A program made the translations under genes and the position numbers. The notes below the pieces were generated by a model. The model saw nothing but the letters and a program-made list of their open reading frames with translations. It was not told the DNA's origin and searched no databases. From NCBI GenBank assembly GCA_030167865.1, contig JALAGF010002372.1:1-38678 (forward strand): a DNA stretch of 38,678 bases, written 5' to 3'. Source of the stretch: Craspedostauros australis. Lineage: Eukaryota. The stretch's first letter is position 1. Every line of letters begins with the position of its first letter. Shown here piece after piece: positions 31,816 through 38,678 of this stretch.

Positions 31816-34800
31816 ATGAAAGGAACATGGGCCTTGCTGCCGGTGCTGGTCGCCTCTTGCTCAGCGGCAGCCTCATACGGGCAAGGCGATAAGAGATTGG
31901 GAGGCATCCGTGAACAACTGGTACATCGCGGAGATGCGACGAAAGCAACAGGAGAAACTGCCGCTATCGCCACAGCGTCTATGTCAGCTGAACTGGTGAG
32001 GGACGATGCGGAGCGAGATTTGGCGGCAGAAAGCACTGAGACGACAGAATTCTGGAATTCATTTGTGGAGGGACGCCTCAGCATGGAGGAAACTCCAGGG
32101 CCAAGCACAGCTCCGAGCACCAACCCAAGTACGACACCAAGTGTAACTCCAAGCAATCGTCCAAGCGCTGTACCGAGCGGAACACCGAGTAATCATCCAA
32201 GCGTCTCGCCAAGCACGAATCCCAGCTCGGCGCCCAGCACCAAACCAAGTGTGGCACCAAGCACAACTCCAAGCGCTGTACCGAGCGGAACACCGAGTAA
32301 TCATCCAAGCGTCTCGCCAAGCACGAACCCCAGTTCGGTGCCCAGCACCAAACCAAGTGTGGCACCAAGCACAACTCCAAGTGCTGTACCGAGCGGAACC
32401 CCGAGTTTCCAACCAAGCGCAAATCCAAGCGGAACGCCAAGTAGATTGCCCAGCGCGATGCCGAGCTCTGATCCATCCAGCACGCCAAGTGAAACTGCTT
32501 TGGAACCAACAGCCACACCCACCAGAGACGAGATAGGAAACATCACGGGGATGCCTTCGCATCTGCCATCTACGGTGCCTACCTCCACCGATTCACAGAT
32601 GCCATCCGTGGTACCATCCGCCCAACCATCTCAGGATCCGTCAGAGAACCCATCAGCAGTCCCATCTGAAACACCATCGATCACTGACGCAACAGAATTT
32701 CCCACGGTCAACGTGACGACACAGGTGACAGACACGCCGTCCATCAAATCGTCGGATACACCCTCTGCTACACCCTCGTCCACACCGTCGATCACGCCCT
32801 CTGCTGCACCTTCATCGGTGCCATCCGGTGAACCGTCTGGGGCACCGACGCAGGCTTCGCAGCGCCCGTCGTCGGAACCCTCGAGCAGCCCAACCGCGGC
32901 ACCCCAGGTACCATCAAACGTTCCGTCCGAAATGCCTTCGTTTGCGCCTGTACCGGATCAAACACCGAGTCCGACCACTCAACCGTCGGCTCAACCATCC
33001 TTGCGCCCATCTGCGTCACCCTCAACCGAACCGTCAGGACATCCGTCCACCTCGCCATCCGGGCACCCGTCTCAGAATCCCAGCACGATGCCGAGTGCAT
33101 CTCCGTCGGCACACCCATCGCAGAACCCAAGCGCGATTCCAAGTTCGTCGCCGTCGTTCGTGCCATCTGCACCGCCAAGTCTCACTGACAGTGTGTCGCC
33201 GTCAGGAAGCCCCTCCGTGACGCCATCTGCTTTCCCGAGTTCCAATCCCAGCGCAGTTCCCAGCCCAAGTCCCAGCTCATCTCCTTCCCAGGCGCCCGTC
33301 ACAGCATCTCCGACGTTCATGCCTGTTCCAGACGCAACCCCCAGGCCCACGATGCAACCGAGCGAAAGTCCCAGCTCGATTCCCAGCATGGCGCCATCAA
33401 GCACACCGACCTCGGCGCCAACGTCCAATCCAACGGCGAGTCCCACAAGCGTGCCAACATCGCAGCCAACCAGCACGCCAACGTCCAACCCAACATCTAG
33501 TCCGACAAGTGCACCGACGTCGAGTCCCACCTTGTCACCCTCTAGCCAACCAAGCAGGGACCCAACAAGCAATCCGACCTCAGCACCAACCAGCTCACCC
33601 ACGACTGCACCAACAAGCAACCCAACTTCGAGTCCCACATCGGTACCGTCTGTCCAACTGAGCAGCGCTCCAACAAGCAATCCGACTTCAGCGCCAACCA
33701 GCTCACCCACAAGTGCACCCACGAGCAACCCAACTTCGGGTCCAACCAGCGCTCCAACAAGCAATCCGACCTCAGCGCCAACCAGCTCACCCACAAGTGC
33801 GCCCACGAGCAACCCAACCAGCAACCCAACTTCGAGTCCCACATCGGTACCGTCTGTCCAACTAAGCAGCGCTCCAACAAGCAATCCGACTTCAGCGCCA
33901 ACCAGCTCGCCCACAAGTGCACCCACGAGCAACCCGACTTCGACTCCAACCAGCGCGCCAACGCCGCAGCCAACAAGCAATCCGACTTCAGCGCCAACCA
34001 GCTCACCCACAAGTGCACCCACGAGCAACCCGACTTCGACTCCAACCAGCAACCCCACAAGCAATCCCACCTCAGCGCCAACCAGCTCGCCCACAAGTGC
34101 ACCCACGAGCAACCCGACTTCGACTCCAACCAGCAACCCCACAAGCGCACCCACGAGCCAACCGACATCACGTCCAACCAGTGCACCGACCAGCCAACCC
34201 ACTTCAAGCCCCACAATACGGCCGTCCAGCCAACCGTCTCGTCAGCCAACCGCTATCCCAACTTCGATCCCGACGCAGCTTCCATCATCCACGCCTACCA
34301 CGCTGCCGGTCCGAGACCGGTTGATTCCGTTTGTGCTGCAGGGTGGCAACGAATTCAATGACCCAGACTCTTACCAATCTAGGGCGTTGGAGCAGACCAG
34401 ACTTCAGAATGGGATCCAGAACACCCAGGACTTCGAACTTGTGGCTTTCTACACGCTGAATTGCATCTTTCAGGCCACAAACGCCCAGGACAACCCTCTC
34501 GACGAGGTGGTCGACCCTCTCGGGTGGATCACGAGCTTCGGCTGGGAGGACACAGTGTTCAACTACTGTATATGGTTTGGTGTCACTTGTGACTTTGACG
34601 GTTTCGTGACGAGGATCAAACTTGACGATAACTTCCTGACCGGAACATGGCCCAGAGAGATCGTGTTGCTTTCGGTAGGCGGACCGTTCTCGCTCCCCGA
34701 TCCAACCCCCGGAGGCAAGCTCGAAGCCGTCGACTTGTTCGGAAACAGGGGACTGTACAGCATTGATCACTCCTGGATCACCGACATGGGCCCCAACTTC

Positions 34801-36038
34801 AGTAAGTGGAAATCAGCGCTCCCAATTTGCATCCGAACGTGATCCAGAAGCGGCCCTAGCCCCACGCAATGATACGGCTCTGCTCACGTTGTACGGCTGG
34901 TCTTGAACTCAACAGCGCGCCACTATCTCACGATCTTTCGGCCCACTCTTTCGTAAACCATTCGCACATCCCAACATCAATGTCAACGTCGATTGCGGCT
35001 CGCCGTGTCGCACCCAAACACACACGGAACCAACAACAGGAGAAGCATTCTTCGGATCGACTTCGTTCACTGGCCTCCTTCCAAAGCTACCATCAGGCTT
35101 GACACAACTCGACGCATTCAACAGTCGTATCACCGGAGGGTTCACCAACAGCAACTTCGAGGACGCGACATCGCTGCTTTTTCTGAGGCTCACCGGAACG
35201 TCGCTGAACTCGACGATTCCCATCACGTTGTCCACGCTGGCGAGTCTCAGGTTCTTCTACATCCAAGATGCCTTCGTGGAAACAGACTTCGCCTTCCTTC
35301 CTGGGATGGATGCATTGGAGGAATTCTGGATTGACAGCAACAATCTCGGCGGAAATCTTCCAGTCGCCATCACCGAACTTCCATCCTTCATCTCCTTCTC
35401 GATCACGTCCTGCCAAATCGTTGGCCCTCTCGATCCTGCCTTCGGTTCGTTCGCGGACCTCAGCTTCAAAAATCTGTTTCTGTACGACAATAAGCTTTCA
35501 GGGATCATCCCAACTGAGATGGGTGGCAACAGCCGAGTCGAGCGCTACCGTTTCGAGGGCAACGACTTCACAGGTTCGATGCCGGAGTCGGTGAGCAACT
35601 TGCGAGCCATCCGAGAGCTCGGAGTGGATTGTGCGGAGGTTGTGGTAAGTTTCAACGCGCGGGGGAGCTGCGACGGCAGGAGTCTCCTCCATCTCCGGAC
35701 TGTCAACTGGAGATGTCTGCGGATCATTTTTTGTCGGCGTGACTTGTGTTTTGCAGTTCGCGCAAGCACTCTCTGCCTGTCTCGATGTTATCAAATCGTT
35801 TGAAGTACGATGCTCTGCTCGGTTCCAACATACCTGCCCGTACGTTCCACCCAAACCTCTGGCTCACAGCAACTGCAACTGATGCATTCTTTAACTCCCC
35901 CATGAATCCAAACGGTGGCGACTATCTCGCCGCTGTGGATAACCGCACTATACTTCACTCCCAATGAACTCGCATCGACAGTGTCCGTTCTGCACGTGCT
36001 GTGACTTGGCAGAATGTGCTGCGCTGTCCACACTCTAG
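31816..36038 (+). CDS. Secreted protein with RXL propeptide, long PTS/PS mucin-like stalk and C-terminal leucine-rich-repeat domain
   Basis: Exon 1 31816-34801, intron 34802-35039 (GTAAGT...CAG, phase 1), exon 2 35040-35644, intron 35645-35981 (GTAAGT...CAG, phase 0), exon 3 35982-36038 (CPFCTCCDLAECAALSTL*); about 1215 aa. Signal peptide MKGTWALLPVLVASCSA, LRR N-cap CIWFGVTC, plant-type LRRs (LDDNFLTGTWP, NNLGGNLP, LYDNKLSGIIPTEMG), C-cap DC..V.C..CTCC. Confidence 0.88.
32095..34305 (+). repeat. Coding tandem repeat array (12-nt P-S/T-x-x unit) with 108-nt and 204-nt higher-order duplications
   Basis: Near-identical 108-nt units start at 32161, 32269 and 32377 (partial). The PTSSPTSVPSVQLSSAPTSN block is repeated at 33621 and 33825. 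Confidence 0.9.
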
Positions 36039-36994
36039 ATCTGCAACAGTCATCGTCCAGGTCATATCTCTGCCTCATGGGAATTTGAAAGGGGGGCATG
36101 TACATGGTGTGGAGTTCGATTTACTAGTCGTACTTGTGCTGTCATCCTGTCCCGTGCAACGTGGATACGGAATGCAGCAGCAACAACAACAACAACGCCA
36201 CTGCGGTGCTCACCAGGAGAGTGCAACATCTCAGCACCTGCACCGAGGAAGGATGCGATCATCGCTGGAACAAGTGACCATCATGGACGATCAACACCGT
36301 CCTCACTACGAGCAGACTACTCCAAGAGCGTGCCACACGACCGAGCCCAACTCTGCAAATACTCTCGTACATCCTCATAGAGTACCAAACTCCACCCGTA
36401 CTCTTCATCATATTGTTTATAACAAATCATTCAATCGAAGAGAATGGTGGCCGTAGTCTGTCATCGCGAATCTCCTAGTTCGAATGTGTGAGTGCGGAGT
36501 GGAGTGGAGTGCTGTTAACCACTATGGTGCTCTGCTCCATGACACTTTGGACTTTCCAACAATAGACAGAGCAGTCTACTACTATGTGTAAAAAGCGCAC
36601 TCCTTGTGGGGACTCTAAAGCTTTGATAGTACGCGTGGATTACGTACACCCAGATACGGGCAGATCATGGCTACGAGTTCGGAGACGACCACGAGCAAAC
36701 TGTGATGGCGCCTGACGAAACTCGGAGAAGGAAACAAAAATGTGAGGAACATGCCCCGAGAACACCCACGAATGTGCCAGACAAAAGCACAAGACGACAC
36801 CAATGCCTTGCGCGTCCTCGTACGCGTGCGAGCAGTCGCACACACCACTGCACAAAAAGGAAGCAACGCAAGGCACAAACAAAGTCTCTATTGCAAGTGC
36901 AAACGCAACCACGCTCCGCTGCAGTACAAGCGAACCAGTTTCCATTTCGCAGGAGAATAGCTCGCACTCGAAGCGACGCCACATTGCACACGCA

Positions 36995-38134
36995 ATGACT
37001 CCATCCACAAACAACGAAGCTCAGATGGAGTTCGATTCCGAAGGCTTCGACCTCGACGCTGTGCTGCAGGATCAACAAGGCAAAGCGCAAGGTGCGAACG
37101 ATGGTGACGATGCTGATGTCGTGTACGAAGTTGGTGGGAAGGCATCCGCTTCATTACCGCCCGTGTCTGCGTCTGCACATGCACCAAAAGCAACGGAAGC
37201 GGCGAGCTGTGACAAGGCGCAGGACGGTCGGAGCAACGACAGTGACAACGGCAACGGCAATGTCAAAGGCGAAGCCCCCTGCGAGGAACAAAAGGAGGAC
37301 GAAGTAACAGCTCCGACTTGGAAGGCAAGAGGCAACGCTTACTTCCAACAAAGGCTCTATGAGGACGCTATCGACTCGTACACCAAGGCCATTCAAATCG
37401 CGTCGATGGACGCCGCAATTGCCATCGATATCGATGAGATAATTGCATCGCAAATCCCCGGTGATGACGCCAATCAACCAATGGACGCCGACCAGGATGC
37501 TCTTGGACGCCGACTTCGCCCGAATGATCCATCAGGTCGAAATCAGAAAGTCGAGCGTGGCAACTCAAACGACATGGAGGCCGATGCGACTAGTCCAAAT
37601 GCGTCAGTAGAAGCAATCGACGACGGGAAGCGGAACGGACACGACGACGGTGACGCTCACGAAAAACTTGGCGGCCAAGGTCAGGCACGCGCAGGATGGC
37701 ATCGCTTGGTGGGGACGGACGCAGGCAATGAATTGGCTGTGTACTTTGGAAACAGAGCAGCGGCTGCATTCAAGCTGGACCGAGTGGAGGATGTCATCCG
37801 AGACAGCTCAGTCGCTGTCTGTTTCAATCCGGGGTACGCCAAGGCATTCGTCCGTAGATCTGCGGCCCAGGAAAAGTTGGAAAAGACGGACCTAGCATTG
37901 CAGGATGCGCGGCAGGCCCAGCATCTCGAACCGCGCAATGCCGAGATAAAAGCACTCGTTGAGCGCCTCCAACGCGAAGAGGATGCGCGGATGGAAAAGC
38001 TGAAAGCTGAGACTCTGGGCAAACTGAAGGATCTGGGCAACAGCATCTTGGGAAACTTCGGGCTCAGCGTCGACAACTTCGAGGCTGTGAAGGATCCAAC
38101 GACAGGAAGCTACAACATCAAATTCAATCAATAG
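36995..38134 (+). CDS. TTC1: Tetratricopeptide repeat protein 1
   Basis: TPRs WKARGNAYFQQRLYEDAIDSYTKAI, YFGNRAAA, NPGYAKAFVRR. The C-terminal LGKLKDLGNSILGNFGLSVDNF...DPTTGSYNIKF is the TTC1 signature. Start placed at MTPSTNN (36995); the ORF is open from 36803. Confidence 0.88.
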   Translation: MTPSTNNEAQMEFDSEGFDLDAVLQDQQGKAQGANDGDDADVVYEVGGKASASLPPVSASAHAPKATEAASCDKAQDGRSNDSDNGNGNVKGEAPCEEQKEDEVTAPTWKARGNAYFQQRLYEDAIDSYTKAIQIASMDAAIAIDIDEIIASQIPGDDANQPMDADQDALGRRLRPNDPSGRNQKVERGNSNDMEADATSPNASVEAIDDGKRNGHDDGDAHEKLGGQGQARAGWHRLVGTDAGNELAVYFGNRAAAAFKLDRVEDVIRDSSVAVCFNPGYAKAFVRRSAAQEKLEKTDLALQDARQAQHLEPRNAEIKALVERLQREEDARMEKLKAETLGKLKDLGNSILGNFGLSVDNFEAVKDPTTGSYNIKFNQ

Positions 38135-38678
38135 ACGCAAGCAAGCAAAACAAGCGCTGTGTTGCACATGGATGGTATGAGTTAGTATTCCGTGTCTTTT
38201 GCACGTTGTCAGGAGGATTGGCTGTCCTTCAACCGGTTTTGACGCCGTTTGATGTTGAGAACAAAGCTGTATCAGACGATGATGTAACTGTAGTAGATTT
38301 GAAAGTAAGCTGTAAAGATTGTTTCTGATTGCTTGTTTTATGTGTTAAGCTTACTNTTGACAGGACGATCGAGTAAAAGGGCAGGGTTCATGCTGTCGTG
38401 CTTGAGCCGTTTGTGTTGTACATCAACATGTCGTGGTGGTTCGGCACATTCACAGCTGTTCAGCAGCTCCATCCGCAGAGCAGTACTTGATCCACAGGCA
38501 TGGATATGCTTCAAGATGCCTGCAGGATTCGCAAGATGGTGAGCTGAACAGGTGGCGTGGTTACAGGAGCTGGAGGGTGAGCAGGGCATGGATTGTGGTT
38601 CAACTACACACCATGCGCGCGGTAGCCTTTCATTGCAGTATCGGGTTCGGATACCGGGTACCGTGTACGCAACATGGA

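Noticed and set aside
33072-34249. 380-aa and 235-aa minus-strand ORFs (VGLLVG repeats)
   Set aside because: Reverse-complement reading of the PTS repeat array.
32095-34305. CRISPR-like or telomeric repeat array
   Set aside because: The repeats are in-frame coding units without spacers, in a eukaryotic gene.
35757-35882. Alternative last exon of the LRR gene via TTTTGCAG at 35756
   Set aside because: It gives an unremarkable tail, whereas the acceptor at 35981 completes the Cys-rich LRR C-cap (DCAEVVCPFCTCC). Minor use cannot be excluded.

Overview
Gene-dense eukaryotic nuclear DNA, most likely from a pennate diatom. The evidence is spliceosomal GT-AG introns, a bipartite ASAF-type plastid-targeting peptide, RXL-motif secreted proteins and microsatellite-rich spacers. 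Ten protein-coding genes could be modelled with in-frame splice junctions: HEATR3/Syo1 (-), WDR43/Utp5-like (+), ubiquitin E1 UBA1 (-), eIF3h (-), cytosolic lysyl-tRNA synthetase (+), a plastid YbaB/EbfC protein (-), an unknown ARM-repeat protein (-), TARBP1/Trm3 (-), a Cys-rich silicanin-like type I membrane protein (-), a secreted PTS-mucin/LRR protein (+). An eleventh gene is TTC1 (+). The most notable signals are: (1) 8 of 9 introns end in 110-262 nt AG-free zones with distant branch-point-like motifs, several with small hairpins; (2) LysRS carries a C-terminal eEF1B-like GST domain; (3) a perfect 61-bp palindrome with a third degenerate arm copy lies at the left end; (4) three head-to-head gene pairs are each functionally coherent. 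No tRNA, rRNA, CRISPR array or intact transposase was seen. Family calls come from motif recognition by eye, not from database searches.
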